NCBI RefSeq assembly: GCF_963676685.1 | Contig: NC_092354.1 | Span: 63,364,001 to 63,428,000, forward strand | DNA length: 64,000 nucleotides | Reading direction: 5' to 3' | From: Mytilus edulis | Taxonomy: Eukaryota | Shown: positions 27,501-41,745 of the stretch, piece by piece | Layout of the letters: every line of letters starts with the position of its first letter | How positions within the stretch are numbered: position 1 is the stretch's first letter | Notes under the pieces: model-generated | Databases searched by the model: none | Told to the model about the DNA's origin: nothing | Seen by the model: only the letters and a program-made list of their open reading frames with translations | Position numbers and translations under genes: made by a program

Positions 27501-28240
27501 CGTAATATTTTGCATTAATCCAGTTAAAGTCGTCGTTCTGTTTTAATTTCAATTATCAAGACATGAAAGACCTATTATCAGTAGTATCCTTCTATTAGCC
27601 TTCATTTATGTTAATAAAGTTAACTCGGAAAATATTTGATGGAAGGACTCGTTTACATATGAGCAATTGTTGGACAGATAAACTCATCATAGATACCAGG
27701 ATTAACATTTTATATTTACGCCAGACGCGCGATTCGTCTACAAAAGATTCATCAGTGACGCTCGAATCAAAAAATGTTTCAAAAGGCCAAATAAAGTATA
27801 AAATTGAAGAGCATTGAGGACCAAAAATTCCTAAAAGTTTTGCCAAATATAGCTAAGGAAATCTATTCCTGAGGCAGAAAAGACTTAGTTTTTCAAACAT
27901 TCAAAATGTATTAACTGTTAACCTATTATTATGAACATATCAATAATAACTCAAGTCCACACAGAAGTGCTGACTACTAGGCTAGTGATACCCTCTCCAC
28001 TGGCAGTGTCATCAACCCAGTAGTTTGACATCACAATATATCTGAGCATGAAATTAAAGAACTCCATTTGTCTCTAAGACTGTTTAGTGAAGATGCTGGT
28101 CCGTATAAATTACTCGATATTGCTAGCATATTTATTTCAATTATATAGTATAAGAGTCAATTACTTTTAAATCGTCATTATAATATATTCTTATACGTCT
28201 GCTTCTTCATTAAACTATTCTACATCTGCTGGGATTACAG

Positions 28241-28358
28241 GAACTGGAATGATGGACATATTGGAACGTGGTATGGAGGAAACAGAGGAAACGGTCGAAA
28301 CAGTGGAAACGTTGGTACTTGGAATGGTTGGAATGGTGGACACGGTTCGAATAATGAA
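28241..28358 (+). pseudogene. 5' fragment of a second C-type exon (frameshifted, truncated); its last codons lie at about 21259-21274 on the minus strand
   Basis: gggattacag|GA ACT GGA ATG.. has a 1-nt deletion relative to the exon at 11745. Homology ends at about 28358. Confidence 0.75.
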
Positions 28359-28511
28359 TAACGTTTTTACATTAGCTACATTTGGAACTGAACTGAATTA
28401 TATCATGCAGAATTGTACAAGCATTTTCACAGTTATTATGAACTCATGTAATTGTGTAAACAAAACATGAGCATCACTGATACAAATGGAATATTCAAAC
28501 TCATAAGTCGA

Positions 28512-28815
28512 AAACAAACTGACAATGCCAAAAGACAAACAAACTGACAATACCAAAAGACAAACAAACTGACAATGCCAAAAGACAAACAAACTGACAA
28601 TGCCAAAAGAAAAACAAACTGACACTGCCAAAAGAAAAACAAACTGACAATGCCAAAAGACAAACAAACCAAACTGACAATGCCAAAAGACAAACAAACT
28701 GACAATGCCAAAAGACAAACAAACTGAAAATGCCAAAAGAAAAACAAAGTGACAATGCCAAAAGAAAAACAAACTGACAATGCCAACAGAAAAAGAAACT
28801 GACAACGCCAAAACA
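28512..28815. repeat. 25-bp minisatellite (aaactgacaatgccaaaagacaaac), about 12 copies, inside a dispersed repeat
   Basis: Direct periodicity. The flanks match the repeat ends at 49020-49210 and 58240-58300. Confidence 0.9.
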
Positions 28816-29107
28816 AACAAATGAAAGTATACAAAACACAACAACAAAAAAAAGAAACTGAGCAACATAATCCCCACCAAAAACTGGTGGGTAATCGCAG
28901 GTGCTCCAGAAGGGTAAACAGATCATGCTCTACATCTGACACTCGTCGAAATGCACAACTGTTTCAATATGATTGGCGGTGTGAATGTTATTATATACCT
29001 AAGATTGATGTGTTGGCTTTTCAATTTTCAATCCCAAAGGTTTGCCAATTTCAGACGAAATTAAATTTTTAATAATAAAAGGAGTCATTTGCTTTTTTGT
29101 CAGCCTC

Positions 29108-30345
29108 TTAGGCCGTGTTCACACCAAACGCAATGTACAGTAAACATGTTTACAATTAATGTAATGTAATGTACACTGGTTTCACATTACATTTGTTCAC
29201 ATCTATACACCTGATTTAGTTACCTGTTCATAAGATTTGTTTCACACTTGTAAATAAACTCATCATACATACCAGGACTAAATTTTATATATGCCAGACG
29301 CGCGTTTCGTCTAAAAAAGACTCATCAGTGACGCTCGAATCCAAAAAAGTGAAAAAAAGCCAAATAAAGTACGAAGTTGAAGAGCATTGAGATCCAAAAT
29401 GCTATACTATATGTCATTAGAATTTTTAAGAAATTTACAAACAATTAGGAATTATCGAGTTTTTGTGGACTTTTAAAGATATTCCGGATAGTCGGAACAG
29501 TTTACAGTCATGATAGGAGTGAATACGGTAAAATCATTTGTTTGTGTGCTCACGTAGAACCAAATTGTTATTTGACAAATGAAGTGATTCCCAGTACTTT
29601 TCTATTACCTTTCATGATAAAATCGCGCAGGAACAATATTCAAAGTTCCTTACATGTATATAAGTTGTAAATTTGATTTTAATTTTGTTTGGTGATTATT
29701 CATTTAAGATCTTGAAATATCTTTTTAATTAGATTATTAAAGGATTATGTACGATACTCGTGCATCTGCCCTACATTGGCTCCTTTTTTAAGGGCATGTA
29801 AATTAGTTGATAGAACCCCTTATTTTTTTTTACAAAACACCACTATCACAAATATTGAAAGTGTATATTTGATTGTTTCGAAGAGATTCCAATTAGTTTT
29901 TTTTAAATGACGAATAGTCTTGTTAATAAGCTCGGGATCACATAATATGTTTTGATATATCTGCAGATGCGGATACGTCAACGTATACGATACTGTTGAT
30001 ACGTTTGTAAATGACCGACCTCTAATGCTACCTAAAGGTGGTTTTTTTATAACAAAGCAATATATCAAGTTTAGAAAAATAATTATGTTAAGAACTTTAT
30101 TGATCATTGTTATAAATACCAATTGTTTAATTATACATGGTAAAATTTATGTTCTAAATACCTAGTTTTGTGTAAACTTAACCCGCACAAGGCCTGCATC
30201 GACTAACGACTGCATGTAGACAAAACATGATTTAAACTACATGTAAACATTGAGTTTTATCAATGGCAACGTAATTATGTTTAGTTTACGTGTGAATTAC
30301 ACTACCACAACACCGAGTATAGGTCAATCTGAACACGAAAACTTA
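29108..30345. mobile_element. Probable degenerate TIR element (ggccgtgttcaca ends); one-ended relatives at about 7190-7430 and 19350-19590
   Basis: Left end ttaggccgtgttcacacc; right end ggtcaatctgaacacg..ttaa is an imperfect reverse complement. 30130-30345 is an inverted copy of 19350-19560. Confidence 0.45.
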
Positions 30346-31512
30346 AGGGTAACAAATTATAAAAACAACAAATTTGAGATTTCGAGAAAAAAACATAACC
30401 TGAACAATTTCATATGTCATAACTGTGAGTTTTTATGTCAAAGGGAGTATTTTATTGTTTCTGAGAAATTTTGGAAAATATTTTACCAACACTTAGGAGA
30501 TAACTGCATCAATTGGTGATTTGATGGTCGCAAATTAAGATGACCGATGACAAGTAAGTGGAGTCAGTAAATGGATATTTGCAACCATCAAATAACCATC
30601 AGATAACCTTATCCGTTTTTTGCACATCTTTTTGGAATTTTCGGTCATCATTCCTCTTCATCTTTGTATGGCTTTCTTTACTATTTTGACCTGAGTGTCA
30701 CTGATGAATCTTATGTAGACGAGACAAGCGTCTGGCGTATTAAGTTATAAGCCTGGTACCTTTAATTAAAATTAGCATGTTGAAATGTTCTATTGTATTG
30801 TTTAATTGTGCATTTATCTGTCCCGAATGTTCTTCCATGTATTTGTACTGTAATCCTGTCATGTTATGTTGTCATTTTAGTGTTGTATGTAACATTGCCA
30901 TAAAAGCACGAGGTTTGGTTAGCCACAACACCAGGTTCAACCCACCATTTTTTTTTAAATGTCCTCTACCAAGTCAGGAAAATGGCAATTGTCATCTTAT
31001 AGTTCGTTTCTGTGCGTGTTGCATTGTCGTTTGATTTTTTGTTGCACTTCAGTGTTTCTATTGTTTCGTTGGTTTCCTCTTATATTTGATGTGATTCCCT
31101 CAGTTTTAGTTTGTAACCCAGACTTGTTTTTCTCTCAATCGATTTACGACTTTCGAACAGCGGTATACTACTGTTGCCTTTATTTATCCAATCAAAATGA
31201 ACCTTTCAAACGATGTTGCATTCAAACGAATGATTAACAGCTTGATGTATTGACGTTTCATGTACATATATGTTTTTTTATGTATGTTGACAAAAAAAAA
31301 ATGCTTTTTGTTAATTTGTGTTGCCAGGTTTCTGTCTTATTTGTGTATACCCCACAGTCCAATATAGTCATTAAGACATGTTAAAGAATCAAATAATGAA
31401 AATTAATGTGAACAGTTTTATTTTATATGTGAAATAGAAAACAAACAATTACAACATTTCCGTCACATGTTCATTTTCCCTTATTTCACCACCATGTCCA
31501 CAATTTCCTTCA

Positions 31513-33180
31513 TTACCAGCCTCTCCCACCATTTCCACCATTGCCACCTGTCCATTGACCACCATTTCCGCCATCTTCGTAATTCCAACCATCTCCTCCA
31601 TTTCCACCTCTCCATCGACCACCATTTCCCCCGTATCCGCCATACCCTCCGCCTACGCCTCCGCCATTCCCACCATTCCAAACACCACCGTTTCCACCAT
31701 TCCCAGTTCTGGCGTTCCAATCAGGTTGAGGTTTAGGTTTTGGTTTTGGATCTGAAAAAAAAACCCAGTAATGAGTGAAAGCAATCGGTTTCTCGAACAT
31801 AATCTATAAATACAATAGTGAATATTATATACTGTTTAAAAATTATGGAATTGAAACACAGACTAGATGATCAGATGTAATGTGTTTAATTAGATATTGC
31901 AGATCAAATTTATTCATTTATAGTGTATTAATGTACGTTTTTTGATTGAGTTAAGCCTGCCAATCCTATTGTTTTAGAAAAAGGAAGAAAGCTTGGATCC
32001 ATTAAAACGTTTAATCCCGCTGCAAATGTTTGCACCTGTCCTAAATCAGGAATCTGATGTACAGTAGTTGTAGTTTGTTTATGTAATTTATACGTGTTCT
32101 CGTTTCTCGTTTTTTATTCTATATAGATTAGACCGTTGGTTTTCCAGTTTGAATGGTTTTACACTAGTAATTTTGGGGTCCTTTATAGCTTGTTGTTTGG
32201 TGTGAGCCAAAGCTCCGTGTTGAAGACCGTACATTGACCTATAATGGTTTACTTTCTTTAAATTGTAATTTGGATGGAGAGTTGTCTCATAGGCACTCAC
32301 ACCACAACTTTCTATATCTATTTAAATACATAAATCATAGATACTGTGCGTGTAGATACATTTATGTACTTAATATACTTATGAAGTAGATGAATTCAAA
32401 AGTGTATAAGCCACATCTTATGATATGACAAAATTATGGTTTAGAATAAATAAACTCGTCATATATATCAGATACAATAAATGTGTATATGTAAGATATG
32501 ATGTAGACGAATCAGATACAGTATAATCATTGTAATTTATATAGCGATTATTTTAGGAATACAAATATTGCTATCAAAGTTTTCTGAAACTTAGTATATC
32601 TTTTACATGATAGATTTGTTAAATGAAACAAATACAGTACAAAGAATTACTTCCTACTTATGGAGTCTTCTCCTGAATGTATTATAACATTTGAGCATAC
32701 AACCATTACATTCATACTGGTCTAATGTGAAGAAAAAAGAGAAAGATAACGTCTTTATACCTCAACAGCACCCGAATGTGCTAATGTTCCATGAATTAAA
32801 ACGAATTTGGTTTATCTTATACTTTTAATATTTTATCTCAAAGATAAAAAGTATAAAAGAAATTTTAATTAAAATCTGAATAGGTTCGTTAAACTGGCAG
32901 ATAAATAAAAATAAAAAATTGGATGATTTGAATTTAGAGTAAAATATTGATGATTGTATATTACTTTAATCGTTTTCTAGTTTTCAATCAATTGCCATCA
33001 ACCAGATCTTTACATGGAATCATTTCAGATAAATACATTGCAGTGGAATCAAATCAATTAAAGACTTCTGAAAAAATGTAAACCACATAATTATTACTAA
33101 TAAATCATATACTTACGCCTATGCCAAGTCCCAGAAACTGAAACAACCAGACAGACCACTAAGATGATAGAAAGCTTCAT
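31513..33180 (-). CDS. Secreted Gly/Asn/Trp-rich protein B, 100 aa; exons 33117-33180 and 31513-31751
   Basis: TATAAAA at 33219-33225. MKLSIILVVCLVVSVSGTWHR C|gtaagt ... ttttttcag|AT, giving HPKPKPKPQPDWNARTGNGGNGGVWNGGNGGGVGGGYGGYGGNGGRWRGGNGGDGWNYEDGGNGGQWTGGNGGNGGRGW*. AATAAA at 31417-31422. Confidence 0.88.
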
Positions 33181-34068
33181 TATCTGCAAATGTCTACCTT
33201 AAGAGAGGAGTACAGATGTTTTATAGTCTTGATGAGGACATACAAACACGGATATGAGTAAGGCAACGGGATGTGTTTTGATTTATATGAAATCACTTGA
33301 TTTGAGCACAACTATTGTATTGTAAGTTGTACAATAAGAGGAAATGATTGCTGAATAGGTACAACCTTCTATTATATTTTGCAACGTGTAAGGAAAAAGT
33401 AAAATAAACTAAAAGGAAATTCATAATTGTCAAGGGTTCGGAGTGACTTATAGCATGTATAGCTTTAATATACTAGTACTTGAAAATATATACAGTAAAT
33501 AAACTCAGCATAGATACCAGGCTTACAATTTTGTACGACAGAGATGCTTTTGGTAAACCTTTTTAAATAAAAAGTTATCTTTTCTTACAACTATTTTATA
33601 AGAGATGTCAGTTATGATAGCAACATAAATAAGGCATTATCTAGGATAAAAGAAGTTACAGCAAAATCTAAGCGATCAATTGTGTAATGTTTACTCCTTT
33701 ATTATTTTACGGTACACGTTTAGGGCCATAGTGAAGAAGAAGAAGAATACATATTCATGTAGTAATTACGTGATTATCCTGATATAGCATGTCGTTTATA
33801 TTAGAGATATAAGAGTCGTAATTATGGAGCTATAATAAGAAAATCGATAGTCATTCAAATACATATGTAAAGAGATAATGAAATAATTTGATTAAGGAAT
33901 TAATTAGTTATCATGAATTATTCAGTTGAGAAGTTCATGAACGATAACATTGATATGAGCATCAATATAAATTTGTTGTTTACAAAACTTTGAACTTTTC
34001 GAAATACTAAACATTTTCTACCCCAGGAGTATATTACCTTAGCTGTGTTAAACAAAGAACAAATAAAA

Positions 34069-34913
34069 ACTAGATTTGCGATTGCAAGCAATAGCGGATG
34101 GCACCCTTACCCTATTGCCTGGTGAGCGGTAGCCATGGTAACGGCGGCCATTTTGGAAATTCCAAACTGAAAAGTCAAGTCTACATTAGCTGAGCAACAT
34201 TTGTTATAAGTTTCCATAAATTTGAAGCATTTTGAAGTTTTTCGTATTTTTGCTGTTTCCATGGTAACGGCGGCCATTTTGAATATTCCAAAGTCAAACC
34301 CCCGCTTCAATTTTTTCCCTCCACAATCATATACCATTTAATGTCTCTAGAATAAATTAAACATTGATGTTCTAGAATGTTCTGTGAAAATTCAAAGTTT
34401 TGACCTTTTTGCATTGTTTCCATGGTAACAACAGATATTTTGAAAATTCCAACGCCAAATTCCTCATCTTCCAATGTTGCTCATCGTTACTGTGAAGTTT
34501 CATGAAGTTTGGAACACTTTTGGATTTTTGACTTTTTTGGAGTAGTTTCCATGGCAACATAGTAGTTCCAATGAGTGCCAAAATCACCAAACACCTGTAT
34601 ATAGAGGGCACCTACATTGTATTAAAATACAATGGTTCTGAGTTCAATCATATCCCAATAGTTCACCTCAACAAAAAACTGTTTTTTTTCACATTTGTTT
34701 CGTTTCCATGGCAACGTCAGCCATCTTGATGATGCCATACCCCGTTTGCACAATTACATATAGTGGAGTACATTATGGCATAGTTTCATCAATATTGTTC
34801 AAGCCAATTCCGAGAAATAGCATGGACAAAAAAGTGTGGAAGAATAAATATAATAAGAAAAAAAGAAACGAACAATAACAATATGTCACCCCAACTCCGT
34901 TGAGGGTGCCATA
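34069..34913. mobile_element. Non-autonomous Helitron/Helentron-like element
   Basis: Starts actag. Internal degenerate repeats (tttccatggtaacggcggccattttg). Ends with an A-rich tract and a GC hairpin (caccccaac..gttgagggtg). Confidence 0.55.
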
Positions 34914-37124
34914 AAAAACCGATTTATTTATAAACTACGTTATACAAAACGTATCATAAAAAACTAAAGACTGCATGAACTACATGATCTCCACTTAAGG
35001 ATCTCGGGTTCTCTAGTTTCGCGAAAAACGGCACTAAAACAATATAATTTAAAATTTAAGAATAAACATGCAAAAGTAAACATCAACTTTTTTGCTGGTG
35101 TTGAAATATAATGAGCTTAGCAAACGTACAAACAAGAAGTGGAAAACATAAAAACCCCTAATCTATAAGATAACACAAACAGATAAAAGTTACAGAAGAT
35201 ACATGTAGCAGTCCTATATTTTCAATTGCAGATCCTTATCAATGGTTGTTTAACAGATATCAAAAATGTTGAAATCCCATATTAACAGTGGAAAACTTTA
35301 AAGGTCCATATATTGTCTGTCTTTGAGCTTTTTTCTTTTGACGTATTGACCATTGGTATTTATCATTGTTCCTTTAACAGGTTTTTCGTGTGTTATTTGC
35401 ATCGTTTCGTCCGTTTAAATGGACGGCACAGTCCGTACCTATGCCCTTTCATCCGTGCATCCCACTGTTCTACTTTTGTATCTACATATGTTACTGGACT
35501 TCTATCATTGATTTGATGTAATCATCACAGAGTTTTATTTCTTCTTTTGAATGATTCTTCTTGTTAGTTTTGTCATCACATAGACTTTGTCAACTCATAT
35601 TGTTTGACAAATGTTTGTGTCTTCTCCCCTTCTTCCCCCTTTTAACACAAATGGTTTTGATAGGAATGATGGTAGGTCTTGACACCCATGTCAGTTTATG
35701 ACGATACTTAGTTTGACTATATAGCCAGTGTTTTGTTCATCTGTTTGTCTTTTCATTTGCATATTTTTTCTCGACAAAGTTATTAGTTTGGATGCAGGTC
35801 ATTGTTTAAAAGATTTATTTATTCTTAACAGTTTTGTTGATTCCTGTTACCATTTTTAATTTAATAAAATATTTTGTCTATGTCAATGTTTGTGGCTGTT
35901 TCGTCCCCTAATATGTCTATGCCAATGCCTGTGGTTGTGCCCATAGCGCACGATGAGCCAAGGAGTCAGCACTCCTTTTCAGACATGATTAGTCATCGAT
36001 TCCTTGATTTTGTTAGTTTACTGTATTGGATTTTAAATAATTCTAAACGTTTTTTTTTGTGTATACTTAGCTTGTCGAGTTAAATGAAGAAGACGTTTAG
36101 GTCTGACCAATTTACATACTTTCATACTTTCAAATTCAAGCAAAAAGCCGTTTTCAAACATGCACAAATGTGTGAAAAGATACTCGGATTGACTCAATCA
36201 GATTATCAACGCATCTTTGATCCTTTCAACCAGATCATACATACGATACACACCGAACGGGACAAAAGAAAACGAGGGAACGCATTCTACAGTCAATTAA
36301 AATAAACCAGATAGTCTCTCTGCAAAAAAAGATTTCATATAAACACTATGCATTTACTTGAAAAGATACCATTATCTACTTTGCTCTCATCTGACTTCTG
36401 TTCATTTCCTATAGTTAAAAACTACAGAAAAACTTAGAGACAAAATTGATTAGCGTTGTCTTTTTTAATCATTTTATGGAGGACCTTTACATCGATACCG
36501 GTACATCTCGCGTGCTTATCAAACACTTTACCATATGAGCTAGTCCGCAGGTTGGCCAGTTAAAGAGATGCAATATATACCAATTGATGTTCAAACTCAT
36601 TAGCAAAAATCGAAAAACGACAATAAGATAAAGGATCAGTACACAAAACACAAAATAGAAAACTAAAGGCTGTGCAACACAAACCCCACCAAAATTTGGG
36701 TGTGATCTCAGTTGCCCCCGAATAGTATCAACAAATGATAACTTTAAACAGTATCCGACAAGTCTTGAAGATTTTTTTTTGGGTAGAAAACAAGAATTAA
36801 GTGATAAAAGAAAATGATAAAAGTTCATTTCCAATATTGCACTATTTAGGTCATTTTGTGGTATGCTTACTCAAATGGTCTATCAACAATCCAAAACCGT
36901 AAAACGTAATACATTCATGAAAATTCATATTGTGCACTCACTAAAAATACTTTTCAACATTTAAAAATTTGAAACTAAATAACATCTATTTATCATTTAA
37001 ATCAAATACAGATGGGTGCGGTCCTAACCTTGACAAAAGTTAACTTAGAGTTAACTTGTTGACTGCTTTCTAAGTTAACTTGAGAATTTTTAAGCAGTCA
37101 AGCAAGTTAACTTCGTCGTTGGTG

Positions 37125-37406
37125 GACCAGACCTACGGTCTGCTTTTTTAGGACTGCTGCAGACCTATCGACAAGTCTGCTCCAGACCAGACCTGTGGAC
37201 AAGTCTGCTTTTGACCAGTCCTGAGGACAGGTCTGCCCCAGACCAGACCTGTGGACAAGTCTGCTTTTGACCAGTTCTAAGGACATGTCTGCCTCAGACC
37301 AGACCTGTGGACAGGTCTGCTCCTGACCAGACCTGAGGACAGGTCTGCTTTTGACCAGACCTGTGGACAAGTCTGCTATTGACCAGACCTGAGGACAGGT
37401 CTGCTT
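37125..37406. repeat. Subterminal minisatellite of about 27-29 bp (gaccagacctgtggacaagtctgctttt)
   Basis: About 10 direct copies. Confidence 0.85.
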
Positions 37407-38344
37407 ATGACAGATTATCGTTATAAGAGTTTTCATATCAGACTTGAGCTTTCATTAAAATATGTAAACAACATTCGCATTGTTTTTCCACAGATATCAT
37501 TTATTATTTACTCGCTAGACTCTACTAGATATTATACCAATGCTCTCTTTTATTTGATATACATGTATTTTTATATAAATAAAAAATGGCTATACGATCA
37601 CACAGAGTTTTTTTTTATTAGGAGGCGGATAGAAAGGTTATCCAACGCATCGGAACAATATTCTTATATCACGGGATATCGGCAACATTGTCTACGTTAC
37701 TTCGTTCCCCGTTGTTTACCTGTCCCTTCCTAAATTTTACTTTATGCATTAGTTTATACTTGCATGGATATTTCATTGATATTCAACTTGTTTGCATTGG
37801 ATTTACTATTCTATTTCCCGCAGAATATTCTAACAGAAATTGTACAGTGTCCGTAAGCATACGGTGTGGTAAAACTATCAACAATCTCGTCAAATTCGTC
37901 AGATTTATCGAGAGATTTGTCATTGCCGATATTTATATGGGACGTCCTAAAATTATACTCACTGCGCACTTTAATGAAATAGTTGCCACTTGACGTTTAA
38001 CTATAAACAAAATCAATCAACCGACATAATAGATTCCAAGAAGAGAACCTCGTATACTTTTTTTTATTAAATCATTGTAAATAGTACAAATGAATTCAGA
38101 CATGTCAGTGTTGGTACTTTGATGATGTGGCATAATAGTTTTGTTTTACACGTACACCATCATGAACTCCTATATATGATGTGACTGTTATTATAAATAA
38201 AGAGATGAAATTCTGACATTCTCAATTTATTCAGAATATTTTTTGCATTAATGGTTTTCCAATATTATTGATTACGTGTACATTTACGGTCCTACTAAAA
38301 TGTGAACAGGAGCGCCAGGAGAAGACATTAAGGCGCTCGGTACA

Positions 38345-41300
38345 ATGGTATGCGGGTATATAGATTTGCAAATAAAAGTGCACATATGATCAGTTTTGGT
38401 CAAATAGTTTTGTTTTCCAAGTCAGCATGAGGTATTAAAACTACTGAAATTTTGTTACGTATCAATATTTTGAATAAAAGGAGGACACGCTGGTATCCTA
38501 AATTTATGCGAACAAAAATTTGTTGTTATTAAATTGCAATATTGCTGTCCATTGTCATGATTATATTATACAATGATTCCTGACATAAAAAATATGGCTG
38601 ATTAATACTATGCGGGTACGTCATGGTGTATATAGATTTACAAATTAAAGTGCACATATGGTCAGTTTTGGTAATGTGGTCAAATAATTTTGTTGTACAA
38701 GTCAGCTGGAGGTATCAAAACTACTGAAATTTTGTTACGTATCAATATTTAGAATAAAATGAGGACATGCTGGTATCCTAAATTTATGTGAACAAAAATT
38801 TGTTGTTATTATATTGCAATATTGCTGTCCATTGTCATGATTGTATTATACATTGATTCTGGCATAAAAAATATGGCTGATTAACTATGCGGGTATATAG
38901 ATTTACAAATTAAAGTGCACAAATGGTCAGTTTTGGTGGATGCAGTCAAATAATTTTGTTGTACAAGTCAACTGGAGGTATCAAAACTACTGACATTTTG
39001 TTATGATCAATATTTTGAATAAAATGAGGACATGCTGGTATCCTAAATTTATGCGAACAAAAATTTGTTGTTATTATATTGCAATATTGCTGTCCATTGT
39101 CATGATTGTATTATACATTGAATCCTGACATAAAAAATATGGCTGATTTACTATGCGGGTATATAGATTTACAAATTAAAGTGCATATATGGTAAGTTTT
39201 GGTGGATGCGGTCAAATAATTTTGTTGTAAAAGTCAACTGGAGGTATCAAAACTACTGAAATTTTGTTACGTATCAATATTTTGAATAAAATGAGGACAT
39301 GCTGGTATCCTAAATTTATGCGAACCAACATTTTTCGTTATTATATTGCAATTTTGCTGTCCATTGTCATGATTGTATTATACATTGAATCCTGACATCA
39401 AAAATGTGGCTGATTTACTATGCAGGTATATAGATTTACAAATTAAAGTGCACATATGGTCAGTTTTGGTGGATGCAGTCAAATAATTTTGTTGTACAAG
39501 TCAACTGGAGGTATCAAAACTACTGAAATTTTGTTACGTATCAGTATTTTAAGTAAAAAGAGGACATGCTGGTACCCTTAATTTAGGCGAACAAAAATTT
39601 TTTGTTATTATATTGCAATATTGCTGTCCATTGTCATGATTGTATTATACATTGAATCCTGACATTAAAAATAAGGCTGATTTTCTATGCTGGTATATAG
39701 ATTTACAATTTAAAGTTCACATATGGTCAGTTTTGGTAATGTGGTCAAATAATTTTGTTGTACAAGTCAGCTGGAGGTATCAAAACTACTGAAATTTTGT
39801 TACGTATCAATATTTTGAATAAAATGAGGACATGCTGGTATCCTAAATTTATGCGAACCAAAATTTTTTGTTATTATATTGCAATTTTGCTGTCCATTGT
39901 CATGATTGTATTATACATTGAATCCTGACATAAAAAATATGGCTGATTAACTATGCGGGTATATAGATTTACAAATTAAAGTGCACATATGGTCAGTTTT
40001 GGTGGATGCTGTCAAATAATTTTGTTGTACAAGTCAACTGGAGGTATCAAAACTACTGAAATTTTGTTATGTATCAATATTTTGAATAAAATGAGGACAT
40101 GCTGGTATCCTAAATTTATGCGAACAAAAATTTGTTGTTATTATATTGCAATATTGCTGTCCATTGTCATGATTGTATTATACATTGAATCCTGACATAA
40201 AAAATATGGCTGATTTACTATGCGGGTATATAGATTTACAAATTAAAGTGCATATATGGTCAGTTTTGGTGGATGCGGTCAAATAATTTTGTTGTACAAG
40301 TCAACTGGAGGCATCAAAACTACTGAAATTTTGTGACGTATCAGTATTTTGAGTAAAAAGAGGACATGCTGGCACCCTTAATTTAGGCGAACAAAAATTT
40401 GTTGTTATTATATTGCAATATTGCTGTACATTGTCATGATTGTATTATACATTGAATCCTGACATTAAAAATAAGGCTGATTTACTATGCTGGTATATAG
40501 ATTTACAATTTAAAGTTCACATATGGTCAGTTTTGGTAATGTGGTCAAATAATTTTGTTGTACAAGTCAGCTGGAGGTATCAAAACTACTGAAATTTTGT
40601 TACGTATCAATATTTTGAATAAAATGAGGACATGCTGGTATCCTAAATTTATGCGAACCAAAATTTTTTGTTATTATATTGCAATTTTGCTGTCCATTGT
40701 CATGATTGTATTATACATTGAATCCTGACATAAAAAATATGGCTGATTAACTATGCGGGTATATAGATTTACAAATTAAAGTGCACATATGGTCAGTTTT
40801 GGTGGATGCTGTCAAATAATTTTGTTGTACAAGTCAACTGGAGGTATCAAAACTACTGAAATTTTGTTACGTATCAATATTTTGAATAAAATGAGGACAT
40901 GCTGGTATCCTAAATTTATGCGAACAAAAATTTGTTGTTATTATATTGCAATATTGCTGTCCATTGTCATGATTGTATTATACATTGAATCCTGACATAA
41001 AAAATATGGCTGATTTACTATGCGGGTATATAGATTTACAAATTAAAGTGCATATATGGTCAGTTTTGGTGGATGCGGTCAAATAATTTTGTTGTACAAG
41101 TCAACTGGAGGCATCAAAACTACTGAAATTTTGTGACGTATCAGTATTTTAAGTAAAAAGAGGACATGCTGGCACCCTTAATTTAGGCGAACAAAAATTT
41201 GTTGTTATTATATTGCAATATTGCTGTACATTGTCATGATTGTATTATACATTGAATCCTGACATTAAAAATAAGGCTGATTTACTATGCTGGTATATAG

Positions 41301-41745
41301 ATTTACAATTTAAAGTTCACATATGGTCAGTTTTGGTAATGCGGTCAAATAATTTTGTTGTACAAGTCAGCTGGAGGTATCAAAACTACTGAAATTTTGT
41401 TACGTATCAATATTTTGAATAAAATGAGGACATGCTGGTATCCTAAATTTATGCGAACCAAAATTTTTTGTTATTATATTGCAATTTTGCTGTCCATTGT
41501 CAGGATTGTATTATACATTGAATCCTGACATAAAAAATATGGCTGATTTACTATGCGGGTATATAGATTTACAAATAAAAGTGCATATATGGTCAGTTTT
41601 GGTGGATGCGGTCAAATAATTTTGTTGTACAAGTCAACTGGAGGCATCAAAACTACTGAAATTTTGTTACGTATCAGTATTTTGAGTAAAAAGAAGACAT
41701 GCTGGCACCCTTAATTTAGGCGAACAAAAATTTGTAGTCATTATT
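38345..41745. repeat. Satellite array of about 267 bp, about 13 copies, with an 800-bp three-unit higher-order repeat
   Basis: The motif atgcgggtatatagatttacaaatt recurs every ~267 bp. Near-identical ORFs at 39989 and 40789 are exactly 800 bp apart. Confidence 0.92.

Larger units (their letters stand above)
21275..28358 (+). repeat. About 7-kb inverted copy of about 11640-19022
   Basis: Sequence from 21275 onward is the reverse complement of 19022 downward, continuing through gene A, the spacer and the C-exon start. Spacer 19023-21274. Confidence 0.9.

Noticed and set aside
28398-28942. Three hydrophobic Cys/Phe-rich ORFs
   Set aside because: They are translations of a 25-bp minisatellite.
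35300-36080. Possible decayed coding sequence
   Set aside because: The frames I read have frequent stops and no motif I can recognise.
37125-37406. CRISPR-like appearance of short regular repeats (also 44935-45460)
   Set aside because: There are no unique spacers and no cas genes, and the context is eukaryotic. These are tandem repeats.
39989-40995. Duplicated 68-aa ORFs
   Set aside because: They are chance ORFs inside satellite units.
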